The translations under genes and the position numbers were made by a program. From assembly GCA_023205875.1 (NCBI GenBank), contig CP060758.1, forward strand, positions 806,001 through 870,000: a DNA stretch of 64,000 nucleotides. Reading direction: 5' to 3'. Positions within the stretch are counted from its first letter, which is position 1. Each line of letters opens with the position of its first letter. The stretch is from Chloropicon primus (lineage: Eukaryota). The notes under the pieces are model-generated. The model was not told the DNA's origin. It did not search any database and saw nothing but the letters and a program-made list of their open reading frames with translations. Positions 54,496-64,000 of the stretch are shown here, piece after piece.

Positions 54496-56649
54496 TCAGC
54501 ATTGAGTCTGCTTATTGAAGATGTCCATCGTCAAGTTTGCAGTGAAAGCGGGGATGGTCTTGTATCGACCGATGAAGGTGTCGACCTCCCTCTGCATGGT
54601 CTCGCTGTACTCGGTGGGCACCAACTCCGCGGCGCCAGAATCATACTTGAACGTAAGATAGAGGCTTTCCTTCTCCTCGTGCATCGGCCTGAGTATGAAC
54701 TTTGTCATCTTGTTCTCCGTCGTCATGTCGATGCGATATCCGAATATCGAGTAACAGGCGTCGATGAAGAGGGAAATTCTTTCCTGGAATGCGCTTTTCA
54801 GCCTGCTTTCCCTCTTGCTGAGGGAGTCCAGCTGCTTCTGCAGCCCGGCCACCGTCGCCTCGGCGACGTCTCTGCCAGACTTTTGCAAGGTCTCCTTCAG
54901 GGTGCTGATCTCGGCGACGAGGCCATTCACGTGGTCCCTCCTTGCCTTCTCTTCCGGATTGCTCGCGAGATGAAGAATGCGAGAGTTGTGCTCCGCTTTC
55001 AGGTGATTCAGCTCCTGACCCGTCACGGCCAATTCCCTGGTCATCATGACCTTCTCGGACTCGAGGGCGCTCAGGGAATCCTTCATCGCCCTCGCCTCCG
55101 CCCTGTGGGACTCGTTCTGGTTCATCAAGTCCTCGCACTTCTCGGCCATGGCTTGCAGCTCGGCCTCGTGCTTTGCCGCCTGCGCCTTCTGCAGCTGGAG
55201 CAACTCTTCGAGCTCTTTCACTCTCAAGGCCGAGTTGTGGCCGGTGCCGTCCGCGGCTCCTGCCCCATCTGCAGGCCTCAGCGACAGCTCCTCCTCGTCG
55301 TACGAGGCGATGATCCTCTTCAGGCCGTCCCTTTCCTTCTGCAGAAGAGAAATCTTCCGGTCGTGCCGCAGGGCCGTGATCTTCATCTCGTTGATGTGCT
55401 CCTTCAGGCTCTCCTTCTCCTCCGACAGAGACTTGCAGTTTCTCTCCAAGTCCTCCCGGCTCCTCAGAGCTTGCTTCGACTCCGCCTTGGTGCGACCGCA
55501 CTCCTCCGTCAGCTGAAGCACGGACTTCTCTAGCTTGCTGACATTTTGCAGGACGTCGTAGGGGCTCGCGTCCTGCCCAAACTTCTCACCCATCACGGTC
55601 TTCCAGCTCTGCAGGTCGCTTTGGTCCACGGTTGTCTCCACGTGCGAGGCCGAGGCGCTCGCCAGGACACCTTCTGCCCTCGCCGCCCGCGCCACCGCCT
55701 GCGCCAGCTTTTCCTTCAGCACCTCGGTGGACTCCAGCTTCCCCCGGAGAGCTCTGGCGCTCGAAATTTCAGCGACCTGGGACTTCAACTCCTTCTCGAG
55801 CTGTTCCACTTGGAGCTCCAAGCCCGTCACCGGCTCGGCGGACGAGGACGCGTCCACGAGCTTCCTCTGGAGATTCAACGCCGCCTTCTCCGCATCCAGA
55901 GCTTTCTTTCTTTCCACTTCTACCTCCCCCAGAGCTTCCGCCAGCCGGACCTCGGTCTGGCTCTGGGCTGCCCTCACCTCCTTCAGGTGCACCTCCAGCG
56001 TCGCTGCCCGAGACTCAGCGAGCCTCTTCCCTTCGCTGTCCATCACCAGGGTCACGATCTCCGCTTTCAGCCGCTCCACCTCGCCCACCGCCGCCTTCTT
56101 CTCCGCGGCTTCCGTCTCCTTCGACCGTTCCAAGGTCGCCACAGCCTCCTCGAGGTCCGCGATCCTGGATATCTTCGAGTCCACCAGGAGCCTGAGCTTG
56201 GCCTGCTGCTCCCGCGCGAGCTCCAGGGCCGCGGAGTCGCTGCCCCTGGAATCGCTGCCGTCGCCCACCTTCGAGCGACCCGCCCCGTCCGACCCGCCCA
56301 GCTCCGACTCCGTTCTCTCCCTCAGGCTCTTCGTCTGCCTCGCTTGCTCCAATGCCATCAATTTCGCCTTGGTGCTCGCCTTCTCGCTCTCCAGGATGCT
56401 CACGCGCTGCCTCAGGGACGAGAGCTCGCCCCTCTGCTCCTCTATCACGACGTCCTTGGCCTCGGAGGCCTCCACGTACTCCCTCCTCAGCAAGTTCGCC
56501 CTCCCGTACGTATTCACGTAAACCTCCTGGTCCTCCGCGTTTACGAACTCCCCCTCCGCGAGTGCCGGCGTCATCAGACCCTCCGAAACCCGACGCCTCT
56601 TCAGCGCCGCGCTCAGGGGCGTCCCCTCCCGCCCACCCCTCACCTCCAT
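54496..56649 (-). CDS. MAD1: Mitotic spindle checkpoint protein MAD1
   Basis: Long coiled coil, RILHLASNP Mad2-binding motif, C-terminal RLKSAF..CYSIFGY..IPAFTANLT. Confidence 0.9.
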   Translation of the reverse strand: MEVRGGREGTPLSAALKRRRVSEGLMTPALAEGEFVNAEDQEVYVNTYGRANLLRREYVEASEAKDVVIEEQRGELSSLRQRVSILESEKASTKAKLMALEQARQTKSLRERTESELGGSDGAGRSKVGDGSDSRGSDSAALELAREQQAKLRLLVDSKISRIADLEEAVATLERSKETEAAEKKAAVGEVERLKAEIVTLVMDSEGKRLAESRAATLEVHLKEVRAAQSQTEVRLAEALGEVEVERKKALDAEKAALNLQRKLVDASSSAEPVTGLELQVEQLEKELKSQVAEISSARALRGKLESTEVLKEKLAQAVARAARAEGVLASASASHVETTVDQSDLQSWKTVMGEKFGQDASPYDVLQNVSKLEKSVLQLTEECGRTKAESKQALRSREDLERNCKSLSEEKESLKEHINEMKITALRHDRKISLLQKERDGLKRIIASYDEEELSLRPADGAGAADGTGHNSALRVKELEELLQLQKAQAAKHEAELQAMAEKCEDLMNQNESHRAEARAMKDSLSALESEKVMMTRELAVTGQELNHLKAEHNSRILHLASNPEEKARRDHVNGLVAEISTLKETLQKSGRDVAEATVAGLQKQLDSLSKRESRLKSAFQERISLFIDACYSIFGYRIDMTTENKMTKFILRPMHEEKESLYLTFKYDSGAAELVPTEYSETMQREVDTFIGRYKTIPAFTANLTMDIFNKQTQC

Positions 56650-57543
56650 CCTCCCACTAAAACCAAAGCCTCCCTCTCCCTCCGCACCTTCCCGCCTCTG
56701 TTCCCAACCGACGCGGGAATTTCCGACGACGACGAGGAGGAGGAGGAGGAGGGAGGAGGAGACTTTTTTGCTTCTTTCAATCAATCCATCGTCCCGACCA
56801 AGATACTCGAAGAGTCAATCGATGGGTGCACGTTGGTTGTACAATGGCCATTTCTACTATGACCCACGACCAAGGAGGACCTTGTTGGTGAGCACAATCA
56901 CCCAAGGGGGAAGAGGCTGAAGGCTGAAGCGGAGGGCGACAATGTGGAATTGAATAAGAAATAGGCGGAGCATCGAATCCTTCCCTGGATGATGACTCTC
57001 TCTCTCTGTCCTTCTTCCTTCTTCCTTCTTCCTTGTTCTTCTCCCAGGCAGGAAGAGCTTTTGCTTTTCTTAATTGCTTCTTAATCGGGGCCAGCCCACC
57101 GAAAATTATTATTTTTTTCCCCAAGCCAAGCCTAAGAGAGAAGGAGAAGGGTTTTGGCCCAAGGAGGGGAACAGAAGAGAGGTTTCCTTGAGGAAATCAG
57201 GCCCCCTTTTCTTTTCTTTTCCCTCGCCTTGAGGGTGTGTTTTACCAGAGAGGGTTCCCCTTGACTGTCCATCGAAGCGAAGGCGTGGTATCGTGGCTTG
57301 GGTTTGGGAACAATTGAAGGAACCAGGAGACTCCGGGCGCTGGTGTTGGTTGGTGACCCGAGGTACGCTCGCGAAGGAGACGAGACTCCCAAAAGAGGTC
57401 CGGGACCAAGAGATTGGCGACGCGACAAGGACCGATCTCCGCGGTCAGGTTTTTTGTTTCCCGCCTTTGCACTTCGTTAGGTACCCGCGAGCACAGACCG
57501 TCAGTTGGCGCGAGGAGAATCAGAGAGGGAAGGGCGTGACACA

Positions 57544-58488
57544 ATGACCATGGTGGGATCGAGGACGTCGACGGAGAAGCTGAAGAATCCGAAAATGATT
57601 CGTTCTTCGTTTGGAAGTCAGCCTTTGTCTGTTCACCCGTCGTCATCATCTTTTGGCTTTGGGTCGTCCTCCAGGGGCGCCTTTCAGAGACAGTATCTCT
57701 CCCCGGAGCACGCCCAGGCCATGGGAGGAAACAATTCCCCCGGCGCCATCTACAACATGCTTTCCAGTATCTCCAAGCAGCCCTTGTCGAACAACTCGAC
57801 CTCGGCCAAGTTCAGTTTCGGTACCGCGGAGAGGATTGGCAAGGCGAACAACAAGAAGGGGGATAGGAAAACGAATATGAAGCCAGGACCTGGTGCTTAC
57901 AAGATGCCCTCGTCCATAGCCTCCCAAATTGTGTCGACGAAGAAGAGTGCGGCGACGCCTAGCTTCGGATCCTCCACCAGAGATAACCAACAGAAACTCT
58001 TCCTGACCACGGACCACGAGAAGATTCATTACGGAAGGCACTCCCCTGGACCAAGCATCTACCAGGCGACCTCCTGCTTCGGCATTCAGCAGAACGCGAG
58101 AAACCGCTCGTCCCCGATGTGGCGCATGTCAAAAAGCTCCAGGTTCGAGTACGACTACGAGAAGAGAGCTTCCAAGCTTCCTGGCGCGGGTCAGTACGTC
58201 GCCGGCAGTAGCGTTGGCAAGATGGTGGTATCCCAGAAGAAGACGATGCCAAAGTTCTCTTTCGGCAGAGGAACCAGGGACGCCAAGGCGAAGCTTTTCA
58301 CTTCTGCGGACCACGAGAAGTCCCAGTACGGCAAGCACTCTCCGGGGCCAACGACTAGCGTCACGGACTCATCGATGGGAAGGCAAATCTTGTCGAGGAG
58401 GTCCTCGCACAATGCATGGAGTTTCGGTTCGGCCGTTAGGAAGACCTTTAAGGAATCCGAGGTCCCAGGACCCGGGGCGTATGACTAA
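57544..58488 (+). CDS. SHIPPO/ODF3 PGP-repeat microtubule-associated (flagellar-type) protein
   Basis: Repeated SPG/PGPGAY..FSFG motifs. Confidence 0.75.
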   Translation: MTMVGSRTSTEKLKNPKMIRSSFGSQPLSVHPSSSSFGFGSSSRGAFQRQYLSPEHAQAMGGNNSPGAIYNMLSSISKQPLSNNSTSAKFSFGTAERIGKANNKKGDRKTNMKPGPGAYKMPSSIASQIVSTKKSAATPSFGSSTRDNQQKLFLTTDHEKIHYGRHSPGPSIYQATSCFGIQQNARNRSSPMWRMSKSSRFEYDYEKRASKLPGAGQYVAGSSVGKMVVSQKKTMPKFSFGRGTRDAKAKLFTSADHEKSQYGKHSPGPTTSVTDSSMGRQILSRRSSHNAWSFGSAVRKTFKESEVPGPGAYD

Positions 58489-59173
58489 CTTTCTTTCCGC
58501 TCGGCTGCACTCGCGAGTGGGGAACCTCCCAAAGGGACCTCAGTCCGACGCCGCGTGCCCGAGAGGCCTGCGGAGGTTCAGCTACTTGTGAGAGAGCGCC
58601 CGAGAGACGAAGGAGGGGAGCCGTCGTATATATAAAGATGAAGAAAGAAGCTAACTGGGGGTGGCGTATGAGAATATCTTATTGTAGCTCAAGCGCAAGG
58701 GACATGCATTTTCTATTTTGTGGACGAACAAAACAAGACAAAAAAAAACAATGATTTGACAGAAACTTGAAAAACGATAAAACTTTTATGGACTGTGACA
58801 ATATATCTGTACCCTTGCACAAAGGCCAGAGGCCACCGCCTTTCTTTGGCACCCCACTTGCCCTGCAAAGCAACGCACGAGCGCACCACCAACCTCCCCG
58901 AACCCAACTTGCCTTCGGGGCAGCACAGCATGGATCGAGGTGGCTCCCCTCGATCCCGCCCGTGACGACCGCAAACCAACCAAGCAATCCACCCTGTGCA
59001 TTGCATTGCATTGATTTTTCAAGGCAACAGCATTGGGTGGGTTGCCTTCCCTCTCTTCCTCCCCCTCCTCTCTCTCTCTCTCTCCCCCCAACTTGGGTAA
59101 CTTCTCTCATCCATCCCATCGATCGGCGCCAGCCAGCGAGCGAGGGCTTCGAGCTGCTGCTGCTGCAACGACG

Positions 59174-61863
59174 ATGAAGCGCGGGAGGGAGCCCATACGC
59201 TACGGCGGGTATTATGACGAGGTTCGGGTGATTCACGAACTCCTGGACTTGCCGGAGTCCCCGGAATCGAGCGAAGAAAGGAGCGACGAGGATGCGGTGT
59301 CCGTGGTGGCTCACCAGCTCGTGGGCAAGCTGCCCCACCACCAATACGTAAGAAAAGAAGCCCTTCCCACGAGGCCCGAGCCAAGACGCGCGGTCCGGGA
59401 GGAAGGAGGTGGCTCTGTCTCTCCCCCTTGCCCCGCCAACGCCCGCCCCCCTTCGTTTGGACGCGTGCGTGCCCCAAGGGCGCCTGCTCTTTTGCTTTTC
59501 GTTTCGTGATCCCCAGATCTCTAACTCCAAACTTCTTTCTTCCTTCGCGTGCTTTCCCTGGGTTTGGACACGAATGCGACGACGACGACGACGACAACGA
59601 CGACGCGCAGGGGGTGCAGCAGGTCGTGGTGGACATGGCGCTCTCGCATCCGACGAAGCACGACGTTCTGGCGTACTTGCTGAGCCTGATGTGTCGAAAG
59701 GGCAACTACGGGAGGGACCTCTGCAAGGGCGTGCTTTCAGAGGTGGTCAGGACGACGGGCAGCTCGATCAAGTCCGGGTTGCCGGTTCACGCGAAGATCG
59801 GACTGAGGTTCTTGGCGTGCTGCTCGGCGGCTGACGTCCTTGAGCCCAAAACGGCGGCTTCCATCATGAACATGACGGTCGAGTCTGCGACGAAGGCTCG
59901 CGAGAAGTCGAAGACCCAAGACAAGCTCGCGAACTACGCCTTCTACGGCGAGTACCTCGTCTACTGCGTCCTTTGCGCTCTCCCCCTGGCGGCGGAGAGC
60001 TTGCAGAGGACCGAGAAGGAGATGCTCGCGAGCCTGCTGGAGAAGCTTGGCGCGTACATCGCGGGCAGACCGAAGATGAAGAACGATTCGCTTTGCCTGT
60101 ACAAGGGGGAGGGCTACCCAACCCTGGCTAACGTGGGCGTCGGGGGCTGCGGAGCTGGCGTCGCAGGCCAAGTCGACTGGATCTGGGCCGCGTACCAGAG
60201 CGACGGGGCGCACTCCCCGGACTTTGATTGGTCGAAAGTGGAGACCATCAATCACTTTGAGCCTGCTGGCGCGGCGTCGGCCGCGGCCGAGGCGAAGCAG
60301 GATGGGGTGGAGATGGTGGTGGACGGCAACGGGAAGGCTGAGGGCCCCGCCGAGGGAGGGGACGAGGTCATGAACGACTCCACCACCAAGAACGAAAGCG
60401 GGAAGGAGGGTCTGAAGAGCATCACGGAGGAGGAGCTCATTCCGCCGAGGCACCAGAAGAGCGGGGAGACCGTGCCGTCCTTCTACTTTTCCCAGGAGAC
60501 CGTCGAGAAGGTCGACAGGTTCACGGAGGTGGTGGCGCCGTACTGCTCCTTCCTCCCCAAGCAGCACACGCGGCTGGGGGACCACGACCTGAACCAGGTC
60601 TTGATCCACGAGCTCGCCGCGGACTCGCTGACGAGCCTCGCCACGAGCCCGCAGAACCTCGGCAAGATCCTGGTGTCCCTGCCAGCGGGGGGGCTCCAGT
60701 ACACGGCGGTCCTGGCGGAGGCGGTCTTCTCGGACATGCTGCAGCTGCCCTCGCAGCACTTTGCCCCCATCTTTTACTCGGGGGTGATCTCGGACCTGTG
60801 CTTGAAGATGCCCGGCTTCCCCAAGTACATGTCGGCCTGCGTCAGGTACGCCCTGGAGAGGGTGGACTCGATGGACCTGGAGGCGAGCCAGAGGCTCGCT
60901 CAGTGGCAGGCCTACCACCTGAGCGCCTTCCAGTTCCAGTGGCCTTGGGAGAGGTGGGGCTGGACCGACTTCCCGCAGAGGGGGGAGAGCGACAGGCGCA
61001 GGGTGTACATCAAGGACTGCTTCGTGAGCCTGCAGAGGCTGGCGTACCACGAGCACATCACCAAGAAGGTGCCCCCGGAGCTCCACCCGCTGGTGGAGGC
61101 CGGGCGGGTGGAGCCCAACAAGCGGGCGGAGGGGGACGAGGGGGAGAAGAAGATCGACATGATGTCCTCGCTGATCTTCAAGAAGAGGTCCGCGGAGGAC
61201 TTTTTGCTCTACCTCGAGGGGGCCAACGAGACCCCCAAGCACGTCGTCATGGCGATCCTCTGCATCGGGGGCAAGTCCTTCACGCACATGAGGACCCTGC
61301 TGAAGAGGTACCGGGCCGTCATCGACAGGTACGCCAAGGACAAGCCGCTGGACATCCTGGACATCCTCTTCACGACCTGGTCCAAGTTCCCGGACAAGTT
61401 CATGATGGCCTTCACGTGCCTGCTGGAGGAGGGGATCCTGAACGACGTCGAGGCCCTCGAGTGGTCCGCCAAGGACCACCTTGGCGGCGAGCCGGGGAGC
61501 CTGGCCCTCCTGACCTCGAGGGCGAGGATCCACTGGGCCGTGGTGGAGTCGTCCCTGGCCGCCTGCTGCAACGTGGCGTCCGACCGAGCCTCCGGCGAGG
61601 AGACCCGGAGGACGTACGAGGGGGGGATCAAGCTGTTCTGGTCCAGGGTCATGGGAAGCCTCGGCAAGGGTCGCGGCGGCGAAGGCGGGTGGTCGAGCTT
61701 CGCCCTTCAGCACCTCCAGTGCCTCGCCCGGAGGCACGCCAAGGTCCTCAAACCCCTGATCGCCGCGGGGGACGGCGGAGACGACGACGCGGTGAGCGCG
61801 TGCCAAGACGAGGGGGCGCGAAGAGCCGTCCAGGCGGGACTCGACTGCTTCTCCTTCGCCTGA
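59174..61863 (+). CDS. CBP80: Nuclear cap-binding protein subunit 1, intron ~59348-59610
   Basis: FSDMLQLP..FY, HLSAFQFQWPW, RLAYHEHI, GKSFTH. Confidence 0.88.
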
Positions 61864-62399
61864 CCAGAGTGAAGTGAAGTGAAGTGAAGTGAACTGAACT
61901 GAGGAGGAGGAGGACATTGTAACCCGCTTTAGTCGTTCAAAAAAATAAAAGATATTATTGATAGAAGAGCCCAGGTAACGGTTGGCTCTCCCTCTCCTCT
62001 TATCCTTTGTTTCATCCAGAATCTCCACGACACGACGAATAGAGAGTAGAAAACCGTGCATACTTCGAGTTGGCGGGAAGGGACCCTTGGAGGATCTCAT
62101 TGAGGGGGAAGGAAGGGAAGGGACCTTTGGACAAGGGTGGGAGTCCTGCTTTGCCTCGAACCTGCTTTACCTTGGCCTCGGTCGTCGTTCTTTCGTCGTC
62201 GGAAGGGGCGAAAGAAACAACGCAGGCGTCCTCTTTTTCTCGCGCGCGCGCTCGTCTTTGCCTTGTCTCGACCGACCGCGAGAAAAAGAATTTTGATTTC
62301 CGAGGGAGGCCGTGAGGAGATCTTCTTCTTGTTCTTCTTCCTGTTCTTCTTCTTGGTGCTTGCTCCTGCTTGACGCGACGAGGACCGAGCTTCCGCGCC

Positions 62400-63473
62400 A
62401 TGTTCAGGGGACCGCCGGGGCGCCGAGGGCCGAGGGCGAGGGCCCTGTGCCTCAAGAGAATGGCGCCGGTGTGCAAGGCCCAGAGGGGCAGCGGCAGCAG
62501 CAACAACAGCAACAACCGGGTGCGGTCGAACGCGTCGGCCTCGTCCTCGAGCGGCGCGAACTTTCCGCTGAACCTGGGGGGCGGCGCCGCGGGCGGGGCG
62601 GGGAGCACGACGCTGATCCTCCAGGGCGCGCTCGGCGTGGGAATCGGCGTGGGGCTGGGCCTGGGCTTCGGCATGGGCGTCTCGAACATGCTCCAGCTCG
62701 GGGACTTTGAGGGGGCGCTGTCGGGCGACTTCGACCCGCTCCAGGAGGGCGAGAAGGAGCTGACGCGGCTGAAGCTGAAGCAGAAGGGCAACGCCCTGCA
62801 GAACGCGCTGTCGGGCTTGGTGAAGAAGCTCAAGTCCCACGCGAGGAACAGGAAGGTGACGGACGTGCTCATCCAGCTCAACTGCCTGACCTTCTTCCTG
62901 CAGAAGGCCAGCAAGGGGTGGCTCTCCGCGTGGGGCTGCAAGCACAACCAGGCCATCGCGAGCGGGCAGCTCTGGCGGCTCTTCACCCCCGCCCTCCTCC
63001 ACGGCAACCTGCTGCACCTGCTGGTGAACTGCTACACGCTGAACCACCTCGGGCCCACCACGGAGGCCCTCTTCGGGGGGAAGAGGATGCTCGCCGTCTA
63101 CGTCCTCAGCGGCGTCAGCGGGAACGTCTTCAGCTTCTACATGAACCACCTCCCCGCGGTCGGGTGCAGCGGGGCCCTGTTCGGGCTCCTGGGGGCGCTC
63201 GGCTACTTTTACTACAAGCACAGCAACGTGCTGAAGAAGGAGCACGTGGAGAGGCCGCTGAGGAGCTTGAACCACATGGTCCTCACCAACCTCGTGATCG
63301 GCCTGACGACGCCGAACATTGACAACTGGGCTCACATGGGAGGCCTGTTCGCCGGGGTGGCGGCGGTGATGCTCCTGGGACCCTCCTTCTCGGTGGAACA
63401 AGACAACGGCCCGAAGCTGGTGGACAAGCCCCTCCTGCCGGTCCTGGCCTCCAAGCCACTGTCTCTCAAGTGA
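62400..63473 (+). CDS. Rhomboid-like protease, plastid-targeted (RBL10-like)
   Basis: GQLWRLFT..LH..LLHLLVN, GCSG catalytic Ser, IDNWAHMGG catalytic His. Confidence 0.9.
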   Translation: MFRGPPGRRGPRARALCLKRMAPVCKAQRGSGSSNNSNNRVRSNASASSSSGANFPLNLGGGAAGGAGSTTLILQGALGVGIGVGLGLGFGMGVSNMLQLGDFEGALSGDFDPLQEGEKELTRLKLKQKGNALQNALSGLVKKLKSHARNRKVTDVLIQLNCLTFFLQKASKGWLSAWGCKHNQAIASGQLWRLFTPALLHGNLLHLLVNCYTLNHLGPTTEALFGGKRMLAVYVLSGVSGNVFSFYMNHLPAVGCSGALFGLLGALGYFYYKHSNVLKKEHVERPLRSLNHMVLTNLVIGLTTPNIDNWAHMGGLFAGVAAVMLLGPSFSVEQDNGPKLVDKPLLPVLASKPLSLK

Positions 63474-63634
63474 CGAGACTTGCCAAGGACCACCACCGTC
63501 GTCGTCGGGCGGCAGCAAGAAGCCTTCCTTTGTTTTCCCTTTTGAGCAGCAAATAATAAATTGACAAACCTTAATCGGATAGAGAGTTTTTAGGCGACAC
63601 GCCCTTTCTCGACCGCCGCACATCCCCCGCGCCT

Positions 63635-64000
63635 TCACTCGCTGACGAAGAGGTCGAGCCCGTACCCGTTGGACTCCTCCGTCTCCTTCTTCTCGGCAGC
63701 CGCGACCCTCTCCTCCTTCCTCTCGAGATGCTTGAGCTTCCTCTCGCTGATCTGGACCCCGGCGGACTCCTTGAACTTCTCCCCCAAGACCGTGTCCTGG
63801 CCCGCGGCCCCCTTCCTCTTCCTCTTCTCCTTGCTGTTCCTCGAGACCTGGAGCAGGTCCCTCTCCCACTCCACCTTGTGCTTGTGGTACAAGTAGAGCG
63901 CCGCCCTCGCGTCCTCCACGGGAGAGTGCTCCCCGTGCTGGATCTCCAGCCCGAGGTGCTCGGCCGCCAGCTCCTTGAGAGCGCGAGACTTGAACCTGGC
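63635..64000 (-). CDS. REX4: RNA exonuclease 4-like (DEDDh), 3' part; runs off the window
   Basis: LKELAAEHLGLEIQHGEHSPVEDARAALYLY. Confidence 0.85.
   Translation of the reverse strand, partial: ARFKSRALKELAAEHLGLEIQHGEHSPVEDARAALYLYHKHKVEWERDLLQVSRNSKEKRKRKGAAGQDTVLGEKFKESAGVQISERKLKHLERKEERVAAAEKKETEESNGYGLDLFVSE

Noticed and set aside
59737..62100. Long antisense ORFs (also 2934..4835, 6420..7937, 8269..9870, 29991..31679, 33333..34769, 36033..37457)
   Set aside because: Shadow ORFs opposite recognisable genes, expected from high GC3 codon bias.

Overview
Gene-dense, GC-rich eukaryotic nuclear DNA from a compact-genome green alga. It has short GT-AG introns, TGTAA-type poly(A) signals, microsatellite-rich UTRs and introns, and plastid-targeted TatC and TL29. 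A Chloropicon/prasinophyte-like organism is my inference, not a verified identification. About 33 ordinary host genes are present. The standout is a 3.5-kb insertion (12775-16281) bounded by an exact 14-bp direct repeat (AATTACGATTACAT). It carries (i) a ~530-nt highly base-paired non-coding region, (ii) an intronless 688-aa Fanzor1 (eukaryotic TnpB-like RNA-guided nuclease) with an intact D/E/D RuvC triad and zinc finger, (iii) a hairpin-rich putative omegaRNA scaffold just after the stop codon, and (iv) an antisense, intron-containing fragment of a host NXD1-like gene starting exactly where the guide would be read. No transposase or terminal inverted repeats are visible. Also notable: a SelU/PRXL2-like selenoprotein (in-frame TGA in a UxxC motif plus a 3' SECIS-like hairpin), two more structured intergenic islands (~20.2-20.7 kb and ~52.8-53.2 kb) sharing a short motif, a catalytically degenerate metacaspase, and a large three-module Cys-rich surface protein. 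All calls come from reading the sequence by eye; no searches or folding programs were run.
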